NCBI GenBank assembly: GCA_002269645.1 | Contig: NIVC01000699.1 | Span: 1-43,319, forward strand | Origin: Macrostomum lignano | Taxonomy: Eukaryota | DNA: 43,319 nucleotides | Direction of reading: 5' to 3' | Part shown: positions 1 through 11,789 of the stretch, piece by piece | Layout of the letters: the number at the start of each line of letters is the position of its first letter | Position numbering within the stretch: position 1 is the stretch's first letter | Made by a program: the position numbers and the translations under genes | The notes under the pieces: model-generated | Told to the model about the DNA's origin: nothing | Databases searched by the model: none | Seen by the model: the letters and a program-made list of their open reading frames with translations, nothing else

Positions 1-660
1 AAAGACTTCTGCTTGGATGAATTTTGCTAAGGGAGGGATAATCAGTAGGTGGACAACTCGGTTGCTAGGGATAGATTGATCGGTTACTGGGGCAAATAGT
101 TGGATTGCTATGGATAGATATCTCGGTTGCTAGGGGAGATACCACGGTTGCTAAGGGTAGATAACTTAATTGCTAGGCTTAGATAGTTCGGTAATTCGGT
201 TGCTATGGGGTAGATACGAGCGTAAGCTTGGTTGCTAGGGCAAACAGTTGGGTTGGGTTGCTATAAAATTGGTATATCTATGGCTAGACAGCTCGGTTGG
301 TAGGGGTAGATAGCTCGGTTGCTATCGATATATAGCTCGGTTGCTATGGATATATAGCTCGGTTGCTATGGATATATAGCTCGGTTGCTATGGATATATA
401 GCTCGGTTGCTATGGATATATATAGCTCGGTTGCTATGGATATATAGCTCGGTTGCTATGGATATATAGCTCGGTTGCTATGGATATATAACTCGGTTGC
501 TAGGGCGTAGTTAACTCAGTTGCTTGGGATTGATAGCTCGGTTGCTAGGGTAGATAGCTATAGGTTGCTAGGAGTGGATAGCTCGGTTGCTAGGGCTAGA
601 CAGCTCGGTTGCTAAGGCTAGATAGCTTAGGTAAGTGGGTTGGCTAAAATTGGTATATCT
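1..660. repeat. Degenerate ~22-bp minisatellite (GCTCGGTTGCTATGGATATATA) in SLC33A1 intron 3
   Basis: Near-perfect copies at ~300-500, diverging at both edges; lies beyond the exon 3 donor at 720. Confidence 0.9.
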
Positions 661-720
661 ATAAATTTAGAACTCAAGAAGATTCCAATAAAATCAGAAT
701 CCAACATTCGACAGTCTCAC

Positions 721-3183
721 CTAGATTAGTAACGGTATTAAGCAGAGTCATATAAGTGCCGCCAACATTCGGATCGGACACTTTAGCGTGGAAAGCCATC
801 TGAGACACGAACATGGCGTACATGAACACCTGATGGGCCAGATAGGCAACGGTCACTAGCAGGAAATAGTGCCAAGGATAGCTGGCATCGTGGGCAGATT
901 TAAACCGAGGCGTTATCCAAACTAAGCCGGCAAACAGCAGGCCCAACAGCAGCCTGGGCAGGGCACTCTTTGTGTACAAAGACAATGGCCGATTGCCAAC
1001 GTGTCTACTTAGCAGCACAGGCAGAACCAGTTGAAACGGCGTGACAACAACGCCTAAAAGTGCCAGACGTTCTTTCGGCACACCGGCTTCGATGAGTTTC
1101 AATCCGGTCATGCCGTCGGCGGCAGCGAAAGCCGATTTCAACAGGCACAGGCAGAACAGGTACAGCAGGACTGGCCGCAGGCGCATGACCTTGGCTAGGA
1201 TGGCATAGGTCTCCCTAACACCGAGATTGTCGTTATCAACTTCCGAGCTGCTGTTACTGCTGCTAGTTGATTCTTCCCGACGGAATAGCAGGCAAAATGT
1301 GGTGCCAAGGAACACTAGGCCCCAGAAACGGAGGAAACCCGACAGGCTCACCTGCGTGTGTGCAGTTTGGAGTCATACCGATATTTTATAGTTGGTATAA
1401 GCCGCTTTTAGCTACGAGACTCTTAGAATGACTGTTTTGTATGAGCATCCTACAATGACCATTTTGTATGAGTCTTTTACAATGAGCGTCATGCATGATC
1501 CTCTTACAATGACCGTTTTGCATGAGCTCCTTGCAATGACCATTTCATGAGTCTCTTAGAATGACGGTTTTACATGAGCTTTTGACAATGACCGTTTTAT
1601 ATGAGTCTTTTACAATGACCGACATGCACGATCCTCTTAGCTCATACAATGATTTTTTTCTATGAGCTTCCTTAAATGACAGTTTTAATATGAGCCTCTT
1701 ACAATAACCGTTTTGCATGAGCTCCTGGCAATGACCCTTTACATGAGCCTTTTACAATGACTGTCATGCATGATCCTCTTAGCTCGTAAGTCGTAAATGA
1801 CATTTTTATATGATTCTCTGACAATGACGCTTGTTATGAAGATATGAGCCTTTTTTAGAAATGACTGTTTTGTGTGAGCCAGTTGCAATGAGAATTTTGC
1901 ACCTTTCCAATGAGTCTATTAAAAAAAGCGATGACTCACCAGACCAACAGGCTCAGGCCTGCTCCGCAGCCAGGTGTTGCAAAAGTCGGCCGACTCCAAC
2001 GCCAGGAACAGCACGTAGGCAATGAAATAGCCGGCAGTCTGACCAACCGAGTTGCAACGGATGCCCAAGCAACATTGCGCCTGCTCAGCATAGTCAGAGC
2101 CCAGCCGTCAACAGCAATGTCCTGCGTTGCGGCCAGGAATGTTAGGGAGAAAAATCCCGCCGCCAGAGGCAGAACTCGAACCGGCCCGGGCGGGTTCTCG
2201 CCCAACAGCCAGTCCGTGTAGCTGGCCAATGTGGTCATAGCGGCCGCTAGGCCGAACTGCACCGGTATTAACCAGGACTTCCGGCGACCAAATCGAGCCG
2301 AGTAGATCGAATCCACCAGCGGTGCCCACAGTAGTTTGAGCGAGAATGGCCAGAATACGAAGGAAAATGTACCCTGAGCTGTGTAGCTCACCTGGGCGGC
2401 GTGCGGTTATGGGGGTTATTTGGCAAGAAAGTGTCATTGGATGTTAAAATGCTAAACATACCTGGCCAAAACCTTATCACGCTCAAAGCAATGGGGTCTA
2501 GTGGAGAGATTGAACAAACAAATAAAGTCTATAATCACGCGTTTAGTAGACAAATGATCACATTCATTGGGATCTTATTATTCCGGACAGAAAGTGTGAA
2601 GTCGTGAAGACTCCGGGCAGAAAGTGTGAAGTCGTGAAGACTCTGGGCAGAAAGTGTGAAGTCGTGAAGACTCTGGGCAGAAAGTGTGAAGTCGTGAAGA
2701 CTCTGGGCAGAAAGTGTGAAGTCGTGAAGACTCTGGGCAGAAAGTGTGAAGTCGTGAAGACTCTGGGCAGAAAGTGTGAAGTCGTGAAGACTCTGGGCAG
2801 AAAGTGTGAAGTCGTGAAGACTCTGGGCAGAAAGTGTGAAGTCGTGAAGACTCTGGGCAGAAAGTGTGAAGTCGTGAAGACTCTGGGCAGAAAGTGTGAA
2901 GTCGTGAAGACTCTGGGCAGAAAGTGTGAAGTCGTGAAGACTCTGGGCAGAAAGTGTGAAGTCGTGAAGACTCCGGGCAGAAAGTGTGAAGTCGTGAAGA
3001 CTCTGGGCAGAAAGTGTGAAGTCGTGAAGACTCTGGGCAGAAAGTGTGAAGTCGTGAAGACTCTGGGCAGAAAGTGTGAAGTCGTGAAGACTCTGGCAGA
3101 AAGTGTGAAGTCGTGAAGACTCCGGGCACAAAGTGTGAAGTCGTGAAGGCTCCGGACAGAAAGTGTGAAGTCGTGAAGACTCA

Positions 3184-3220
<37 letters not shown>

Positions 3221-3776
3221 TTGTGAAGGTGCAGTGTAGGGCTGATCACTGGGGCAACTTAGATCGCGAGAACCAGGATGATCTTGGTGAGAATCCGCAA
3301 CTGCCTCACCTTCCTAGCCGTGAGAATGTAGGGCACAGAGCCGGCCAGACCCAGCGGTATGCCCTGCAGCACGTACAGAAATGTGAGCAACAGGACAGAT
3401 CGCCGATCCTGCGAGCTCATCTCGCCTAGCGACTGAGCAGACAAGTCCCCATGCCAGCGGGGCCGCCTTCCACGCTCGGCTGATGAGGATTCGAGTTTTT
3501 CACCGGCGAACGAGCCTGCCGTGCCTTCTTGAGCAGTTGAGCAGTTGACGAAGCGGCTTCGGCTTCTTCAGCTTCTGGCGATGTAGAAGTAGTGGATCCG
3601 CTGGAGTTGTCGGCCTCTTCAATATCGTTATCGTCTGTGAGATCTCCGCTAGTGTTGAGAGGCACTTGTGAGGGAATTTCTATGTCCAAGCTGAGTCCTT
3701 CCACTCGCTGTTGCTGCCTGCTGCTTGACCGGCTGTTGCCGGCGACACGACGCTGGCGGGTGGCTGGGGATGGCAT
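721..3776 (-). CDS. SLC33A1: Acetyl-CoA transporter 1 (MFS, AT-1), 3'-partial; exons 3776-3310, 2391-1940, 1351-721
   Basis: Family motifs LLLTFLYVLQGIPLGLAGSVP, FSFVFWPFSLKLLWAPLVD, GRRKSW, FLAATQDIAVDGWALTML and AKVSDPNVGGTYMTLLNTVTNLG. All GT-AG junctions are phase-consistent. Exons 1 and 2 are each 1 nt short of a multiple of 3, at homopolymers 3447-3450 and 2056-2057. Final exon(s) lie outside the window. Confidence 0.95.
1410..1900. repeat. Degenerate ~27-bp tandem repeat (CAATGACCGTTTTGCATGAG core) in SLC33A1 intron 2
   Basis: Recurrent CAATGAC...ATGAG units across the intron 1352-1939. Confidence 0.8.
2581..3180. repeat. 30-bp minisatellite (GACTCTGGGCAGAAAGTGTGAAGTCGTGAA), ~20 copies, SLC33A1 intron 1
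   Basis: Near-identical units; they explain the 10-aa periodic ORFs at 2535-3131. A (GA)n tract follows at ~3185-3220. Confidence 0.97.
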
Positions 3777-3789
3777 GCAAGGGAGTCAG

Positions 3790-4470
3790 GGGGGGGGCGG
3801 AATTGAGTTTAGGCGGGCGAAATCGAGTGTAAGGGGGGGGGCGGAATCGAGTCTAAGGGGGCGGAATCGAGTGTAGGGGGAGGGGCGGAATCGAGTGTAA
3901 GGGGGGCGGAATCGAGTGTAAGGGGGCGGAATCGAGTGTAAGGGGGGGGCGGAATCGAGTGTAAGGGGGGCGGAATCGAGTGTAAGGGGGGAGGAATCGA
4001 GTGTAAGGGGGGAGGAATCGAGTGTTAGGGGGCGGAATCGAGTGTAAGGGGGCGGAATCGAGTGTTAGGGGCGGAATCGAGTGTAAGGGGGCGGAATCGA
4101 GTGTAAGGGGCGAGGAATCGAGTGTAAGGGGGAGGAATCGAGTGTAAGGGGGGAGGAATCGAGTGTTAGGGGGCGGAATCGAGTGTTAGGGGCGGAATCG
4201 AGTGTAAGGGGGCGGAATCGAGTGTTAGGGGGCGGAATCGAGTGTAAGGGGGGCGGAATCGAGTGTAAGGGGGGGCGGAATCGAGTGTAAGGGGGCGGAA
4301 TCGAGTGTAAGGGGGGCGGAATCGAGTGTAAGGGGGGCGTAATTGAGTGTAAGGGGGGCGGAATCGAGTGTTAGGGGGCGGAATCGAGTATAAGGGGGGC
4401 GGAATCGAGTGTAAGGGGGGCGTAATTGAGTGTAAGGGGGGCGGAATCGAGTGTTAGGGGGCGGAATCAG
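3790..4470. repeat. ~22-bp G-rich minisatellite (GGCGGAATCGAGTGTAAGGGGG) immediately 5' of the SLC33A1 ATG
   Basis: About 30 units with variable G-run length. Confidence 0.95.
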
Positions 4471-4606
4471 GTGTGCGACACAGTCAATACTAATAGATAG
4501 TGACATCTTACTATGATAAAATTTCTTTTAAAACCAAAAGTAGCATAAAAAGCAAGTCTAACAACAAAGTATACAAACACGCCATAATCACTGACAAAAT
4601 ACAACT

Positions 4607-4684
4607 TTTATTTTTACTTACTCTTCACAAGCAAATCGAGTTTACATTTTGGCATTTGGAACACACCTTGATAAGATATTTATT
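4607..4684 (-). promoter_or_regulatory. Candidate polyadenylation signals for SMG8 (AATAAA at 4684-4679 and 4612-4607)
   Basis: TTTATT on the plus strand at both positions, ~780-850 nt downstream of the SMG8 stop. The region is AT-rich, so chance occurrence is possible. Confidence 0.4.
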
Positions 4685-5024
4685 GAGATAAGAATTTAAA
4701 CATTTCTGAGCGGGATTAACACAATAATTTTAGTTCATTAAGCTAAAAACTCTTTCTTTGTAAGCCAGATTACGTAAGTAAAATAAATTTAAGCAGTAAA
4801 GAATCATTTTTTTCAGAGCGATCAAAACGCTTGCATTAGCTATATATAATAGTACATCACAACAGGAATGATTGGCTTTAGACAAAGTACAAGAATGTTG
4901 GCGCAAAAGCGCAGCCAACATGAGTGAAATTTATATTACGCGATCTTAAGTGCGCATAAGCCTAAAATTAATTGCGAAAATTTATGTAACTCGCGAGCGA
5001 ACCGGAGAACGAACAAACTTTGCA

Positions 5025-5370
5025 AGTTCCTGCGAACTGAAGTACTAGCAAACTTTTCAAGCTCTCGCGAACTGAAGTACAAGCGAACTTTTCAAGTTCT
5101 CGCAAACTGAAGTACAAGCGAACTTTTCAAGTTCTCGCAAACTGAAGTACTATCAAACTTTTCAAGTTCTCGCGAACTGAAGTACTAGCAAACTTTTCAA
5201 GTGCTCGCGAACTGAAGTACTAGCAAAATTTTCTACTTCTCGCGAACTCAAGTACTAGCGAACTTTTCAAGTTCTCGCGAACTGAAGTACTAGCAAACTT
5301 TTACTTTTCTAGTTCTCGCGAACTGAAGTACTAGCGAACTTTTCAAGTGCTCGCGAACTGAAGTATTTTA
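5025..5370. repeat. 35-bp minisatellite (TTTTCAAGTTCTCGCGAACTGAAGTACTAGCAAAC), 10 copies, in the probable SMG8 3' UTR
   Basis: Ten countable units starting ~90 nt past the SMG8 stop codon. Confidence 0.92.
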
Positions 5371-5461
5371 GAACTTTAAAAAGTACGCACGAACTTAACA
5401 AGTGCGAATGAAGTAGCCAAAAAGTTAAACAGTACATTAGAACCGAAGTACCGGCGTACTA

Positions 5462-8400
5462 TTAAGGCATCTGGGTAACGCTGATACACTCGCGCAACAG
5501 TCGCGGTACGGATGCTTCGGTCAAGTCTCTGGGCTGTTTATAAAGTACGCGCCGACGAACGTCTTCGTAGGCGAAGGGCAGCCGCAGCACCCAAAGGTCG
5601 CCGGGGCCAAGCGGAATCGGCTCTGGATTGCCGGGCAAGAACACCGGAGCAGCCGAGACGGACGTCGCGGCCGATTCGCCGCCGGTTTCGGCTACAGCTG
5701 GCGCCGATGAGTCGGGCGACGGGGCAGCGAATCGAACTCGCGGATTGAGCCGAATCCGGACTGGAGCTTGAGGCGCAGCCACCCAGACTCGCATTAGCTG
5801 AGCAAATGCGCCTTTGGATTTGTGACAATGACACGGTATAAATAGCGGCAGATCTTCGCTAAGCAGCCGTTGAACTCCCTCCTTAACCTGGGTAGCTTGC
5901 ATCGCGCCGCGCATCATCTGGCCGGGACTCGATACAAAAAATCGGTGCCCAAACGGGCACTCGTGCTCGAAGCCGAACCAAGCTTTGGCTGTTGGCTCGC
6001 GTCGAGTGCTTCGATATTGAGATGATTGCTGTTGTTGCTGCTGTTGCTGTTGCCACAGTTTACTGGCTACAGGTACATTCCAGGGCAGCAGGTGATTAGA
6101 GCCGCTAGAGAAGCCCGGCTGTCCAATACCGTTAGCGTGGCTGTAGCTGTTGTAGCGGCCAACAGACAGCAGGCACCAGCTTTGGACCAACGGCAGATAG
6201 CGGCCGATCAGGTCCTCGGTCATCATTCCTTTTAATTGCCGGATTGACACCTCAGTGTTATTCGATGCTGATAGCCCAGTCTCTTTAGGCGATTCAAGCT
6301 TCAAGCATTGCCGTTGTTTCCGCTTTAGATCTGCTTCTTCTTCTAATAATAATTGCTCATCTTCATCGTAGTTGCTGTGCTCGACGGCTAATGCTAGGGG
6401 AGTCCTGCTAGGCAATGTGGCTGACGGCTGGTCCAGCTCGACATCGTCCAACTCTGGACTGCGCAGCGGCGGCAGCAGGTCGCCACTGTTCGACAGCTCC
6501 TCCGTGTACTGTGGCTGGGCTGCGGGTTTATGGTGGGCGTGGCTGGGGGTTTATGGTGGGCGTGGCTGGGGTTTATGGTGGATGTGGCTGGGGGTTTATG
6601 GTGGGTGTGGCTGGGGGCTTATGGTGGGTGTGGCTGGGGTTTATGGTGGGTGTGGCTGGGGGTTTATGGTGGGTGTGGCTGGGGTTTATGGTGGGTGTGG
6701 CTGCGGGTTTATGGTGGGTGTGGCTGCAGGTTTATGGTGGGTGTGGCTGCGGGTTTATGGTGGGTGTGGCTGCGGGTTTATGGTGGGTGTGGCTGGGGTT
6801 TATGGTGGGTGTGGCTGGTTTATGGTGGGTGTGGCTGGGGGCTTATGGTGGGTGTGGCTGGGGTTTATGGTGGGTGTGGCTGGGGGTTTATGGTGGATGT
6901 GGCTGCGGGTTTATGGTGGGTGTGGCTGGGGGTTTATGGTGGGTGTGGCTGGTTTATGGTGGGTGTGGCTGCAGTTTTATGGTGGGTGTGGCTGCGGGTT
7001 TATGGTGGGTGTGGCTGCGGGTTTATGGTGGGTGTGGCTGAGGGTTTGTGGGTAAGATTAGCTGTCTGATGATTTAATATTTGGTGTCTGATGGGGTGAG
7101 AATAGATTTCTGATGGGTGAGATTAGATTTTCCATGGGGTGAGATTAGATGTCTGATGGGATGATATTAGATTTCTAATGGGGTGAGATTAGACGTCTGA
7201 TGGGGTGAGATTAGACGTCTGATGGGGTGAGATTAGGTGTCTAGTAAGGTGAGATTTAATGCCTAAATAACGAGGGAGATTAAGCATCTAGTGGGTGAGA
7301 TTCATGCTTTAGACAAAGCTAACAGTGATTACAATTAGAGCTTTAATGTGAGCTAGGTCGATACAATATACACACTTTTATCCTCGGAGCCTCTCCGCTG
7401 ATAGACTGGCAGAGGCACAGGCTGGTGCTGGCCGCAGCAGCTGTCAATCAGACGGCTATAAAAGTGCACATTGGCCTCCTCCCAGTTGAAAGGATCTGGT
7501 CGGCTTTCCAACAGTCGGCCGCACGAGCAGGCGGCCCGCATCGATGTGTAAGCTGACGAATGCGGCATCGCCGGCAGCTGCTGCTGCTGATCAGCCGAGG
7601 TGCCGGGCAGGCTGTGCCGCTCGTTAACGCACGGATGCGAGGTGACGCTCAGGGCTTCGCACATCTGCCGGCCGGACAGCCAGACGCTGTTGCAGCGAGC
7701 CTCCAATTCAGCCAGGTATTTATCGGCTGCCGGGCCTCGGGCATTGTCTAGGAACACCTGCTGGGCCTTGCGAATGCGCTCGGTGTGCACCCGATGGCTG
7801 TAGTGGGCTGGCAGGCCCTCGCGATAGACGGACTCGGCCAGTGGCAGGGCGCTGGCGCACCGGGTCTCCGAGAATTTGCGCACAATGTCGCACCTGGAAG
7901 TGAAGGGGAGATTAAGGGTGATTAAGCGTTCTTCAGACGCCCCAGCAACTGAGGATCTAAGAGGTTAAAGCTGACCAAGCAACTGAGGATCTGGGAGGCT
8001 GACCCAGCTACTGACACTCTGGGAGGCTGGCCCAGCAACTGAGGATCTGGGAGGCTGGCCCAGCTACTGAGGATCTGGGAGGCTGACCCAGCAACTGAGG
8101 ATCTGGGAGGCTGACCCAGCAACTGAGGATCTGGGAGGCTGGCCCAGCAACTGAGGATCTGGGAGGCTGACCCAGCAACTGAGGATCTGGGAGGCTGGCC
8201 CAGCAACTGAGGATCTGGGAGGCTGACCCAGCAACTGAGGATCTGGGAGGCTGGTCCAGCAACTGAGGATCTGGGAGGCTGACCCAGCAACTGAGGCTCG
8301 GTAGTGACACAAGCAACTCCAGAGGGTGAATAAACACATACTCATGACCATTATCCAACTCACCTAGCCTTGAACTCGTTCATAACCCTCTGCACGCCTG

Positions 8401-10713
8401 GGTCTAGATCCGTAAGCAGCAGTTTGTGCAGCTTGTGGCAGACTTTAAACCAGCTCTTGGCCGAGACCAGATCCAGCGGGCCGCCGCCAACGCCGCCCTC
8501 AGCCTCCGCCTGGTTCATGTGCCGTTCGAGGAATCTGGCGAATTCCCGATTGTACGAACCGCCCGTCAGCGACTGCATGAATTCATTATCCAACAGTTGA
8601 TCGTCTGTTAAGTCTACGGGGTCGTCCAGCTCTAGCAGAGACTGAAAGACGCCAGACGGCGAGGCTGGTGCAGGCGGGCTGACGCAGCAGAATCCGCCGT
8701 CTGGTAGACGGCACAAGTTGCCGGCCTCGGGGCCCGTGATGAGTTTTGCGCGGCGGAATATCTGCGGGCGTGGAGGCAGTGCAGGGGCGGGTTATGGGTA
8801 CCTGCTGGGGCGGGTTCTAATTGGGGTGGATTCTAATTGGGGTGGGTTCTAATTAGGGCGGATTCTAATTGGGGTGGATTCTAATTGGGGTGGGTTCTAA
8901 TTGGGGTGGGTTCTAATTGGGGTGGATTCTAATTGGGGTGGGTTCTAATTGGGGTGGGTTCTAATTGGGGTGGGTTCTAATTGGGGTGGATTCTAATTGG
9001 GGTGGGTTCTAATTGGAGTGGATTCTAATTGGGGTGGGTTCTAATTAGGGCGGATTCTAATTGGGGTGGATTCTAATTGGGGTGGGTTCTAATTGGGGTG
9101 GGTTCTAATTGGGTAGGTTTTAACTGGGGTGGGTTCTAATTGGGGTGGGTTCTAATTAGGGCGGATTCTAATTGGGGTGGGTTCTAATTGGGGTGGATTC
9201 TAATTGGGGTGGGTTCTAATTAGGGCGGATTCTAATTGGGGTGGATTCTAATTGGGGTGGGTTCTAATTGGGGTGGGTTCTAATTGGGTAGGTTTTAACT
9301 GGGGTGGGTTCTAATTGGGGTGGGTTCTAATTAGGGCGGATTCTAATTGGGGTGGGTTCTAATTGGAGTGGATTCTAATTGGGGTGGATTCTAATTGGGG
9401 TAGGTTCTAACTGGGGTGGGTTCTAATTGGGGTGGGTTCTAATTGGGTAGGTTTTAACTGGGGTGGGTTCTTATTGGGGTGGGTTCTAATTGGGTAGGTT
9501 TTAACTGGGGTGGGTTCTTATTGGGGTGGGTTCTAATTGGGGTGGGTTCTAATTGGGGTGAATTCTAATTAGGGCGGATTCTAATTGGGGTGAATTCTAA
9601 TTAGGGCGGATTCTAATTGGGGTGTGTTTTAAATTGGGGTGAAATTGGGGTGGATTCTAACTGGGTAGGCTCTAAATAGGACTAAATCAGCTAGCGATTG
9701 AATCAGAGTGTCGCTTTAAATAAAAAATGCTCCACCTGATAAATCTGGCACTGCAAGCTATCAGCCAGAGCTCGTTCGTGACCGCCGTCAATTAGCTGCT
9801 TAGTAAGATTGCCCGGACTCAGTTGGAAATGGAATAGCACAGCCGGGCATGAGGTCCGACCATTCAGAGTCCAATCTCGGGGCACAGGGAACGAGCGATA
9901 GGCCTGGCACAGTTGGCCCAGCAACTGCTGACGCAGCTGAGACACCAGCTGTAGGGTTCGTGTTACTGCCGGATTCACCTGCGAAGTTGCAAACGGATAA
10001 TTGAGTAATTAATACGAGCTAATTAACTGGACTTCCGGAGTTGAAAAAGATCCAATCGATTCCACTGAACCGGAAGTATTGAATTTCCCTGAACTTTGAA
10101 GATCCCATCGATCCCACCGAACCGGAAGTTGGAAAATCCAACCAACCTGAGTCCCAATACAGTTGAACACAACAACATGCGACACGGAGAACAGGTATAG
10201 CAAAGCTCTGATGTTATCAAAATCGGCCGCAGTCAGCATAGCGGCAACATTAGGCGTGTCCGGATTAAGATCTCGGACAAAAGCGGAGCACAGGTGAGCT
10301 AAATGAGCCGGGTCATTCGGTCCGGTTAAGCTTAGAAACACGGCCCGCTTTTCTGGGCTGTAGAATCCGTGCAGCCTGACCAGCTGCTGCTGATCAGATG
10401 CCGACTTATCGGCGGTACTATCGACATCGTCCGCCACTGTAGCACCGTCGCTTTCAAAACCATAGCCTAGCAACGGCGGTTGAAACGCCGGCCTATCTAA
10501 TAACTGCAGTTCCAATTGTAGAGTTTTGCTGGGACACAATCTGGGATCGGACCGGCCAACAAAAGCCACTACGCGAATTCGCGTATCGCGTCGGGATAAA
10601 CGATTGAAGTCGAAGTTCGGGGGCAAGGGGAACCAGCCGGGTTGGCAGGATGGTTGAGACCTCTGCTGATGCTGCTCATGGTGATGATGCTGATAGTGCC
10701 TCTGAGTATCCAT
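5462..10713 (-). CDS. SMG8: Nonsense-mediated decay factor SMG8, ~920 aa; exons 10713-10147, 9978-9736, 8761-8364, 7893-~7374, 6508-5462
   Basis: Motifs RALLYLFSVSHVV, QCQIYQ|IFRR, RKFSETRCASALP, NARGPA, SGRQMCEALSVTSHPC, ACSCGR..RPDPF, AWFGFEHECPFGHRFF, AQLMRVWV and LWVLRLPFAY match the SMG8 family. Junctions 1-3 are canonical and in phase; the exon 4 donor is uncertain by a few nt. Confidence 0.93.
6510..7050. repeat. ~21-bp minisatellite (GGTTTATGGTGGGTGTGGCTG) in SMG8 intron 4
   Basis: About 25 units; they explain the Gly/Trp/Val periodic ORFs at 6372-7069. Confidence 0.95.
7070..7310. repeat. Degenerate ~22-bp repeat (GATGGGGTGAGATTAGACGTCT) in SMG8 intron 4
   Basis: About 10 diverged units next to the 21-mer array. 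Confidence 0.8.
7960..8295. repeat. 28-bp minisatellite (GAGGATCTGGGAGGCTGGCCCAGCAACT) in SMG8 intron 3
   Basis: About 12 units; same family as 24545-25880. Confidence 0.95.
8815..9680. repeat. 16-bp minisatellite (TTCTAATTGGGGTGGG) in SMG8 intron 2
   Basis: About 50 units filling almost the whole intron 8762-9735. Confidence 0.97.
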
Positions 10714-10779
10714 AAATCAATGCATCAGCGATTTAAAAAAAGCATATGAAAAGACTTAAGACATTAAGGAATTGAAAGG

Positions 10780-11280
10780 AGTGGCCTAGGAGTGTCTTAG
10801 GAGTGACCCACCAGAGAAACAGGTGTCTTAGGAGTGATCCACTTGAGGAATCAGTGGCTTAGGAGTGATCCACTTGAGGAATCAGTGGCTTAGGAGTGAT
10901 CCACTTGAGGAATCAGCGGCTTAGGAGTGATCCACTTGAGGAATCAGTGACACAGGAGTGACCCACTTGAGGAATCAGTGGCTTAGGAGTGACCCACTTG
11001 AGGAATCAGTGGCTTGGGAGTGACTCACTTGAGGAATCAGTGACATAGGAGTGACCCACTTGAGGAATCAGTGGCTTGGGAGTGACCCGCTTGAGGAATC
11101 AGTGGCTTAGGAGTGACCCACTTGAGGAATCAGTGGCTTAGGAGTGATCCACTTGAGGAATCAGTGGCTTAGGAGTGACCCACTTGAGGAATCAGTGGCT
11201 TACGAGTGACCCACTTGAGGAATCAGTGGCTTAGGAGTGACCCACTTGAGGAATCAGTGGCTTAGGAGTGATCCACTTGA
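10780..11280. repeat. 31-bp minisatellite (TTAGGAGTGACCCACTTGAGGAATCAGTGGC) just 5' of the SMG8 ATG
   Basis: About 15 units. Confidence 0.95.
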
Positions 11281-11789
11281 TACTGATGTGTTAGCTAATC
11301 GTAGAAGTGACCTGTATGCATACGATATAAACTGATTCTCTAAGTAGCAAGACATAACTAAAAATAAGCGAGAACTAGCAAAAAATAAATTGTGTGCCTT
11401 TATTTCAAACAGTATCAGTTTTAGTAGTTTATACAGGTAAGCAATTAAAAAATAAGGACATGATAACTACGCAGCATATTATTTAATACGAAATTATAGT
11501 TAGCTACTATGCACAATAAGCAATAACCTGAAAATTTTACCGAGATTAAAACAGGCATAACAGATAAAATGTAGATATGTACAAATATGCACACAAGTCA
11601 CGCTTTTAAACAATAAAGACATTTTATAGTGCACGCAGACAATAAAATGCACTGTAACAAAGGACAAATACAACAAAACTATGTTAACTGTCTTTGTCAA
11701 ACCTGTTTTACGAATGGATAGCACTTTTAAGTAAATATCAAGTACATTTGAATGACGGTAAAGGAATGAGGGCTGTATAACGGTAGATA

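Noticed and set aside
721-3776. SLC33A1 as a pseudogene or programmed-frameshift gene
   Set aside because: Both breaks are 1-nt losses in homopolymers with otherwise intact motifs and splice sites, and there is no slippery heptamer; assembly error is more parsimonious.
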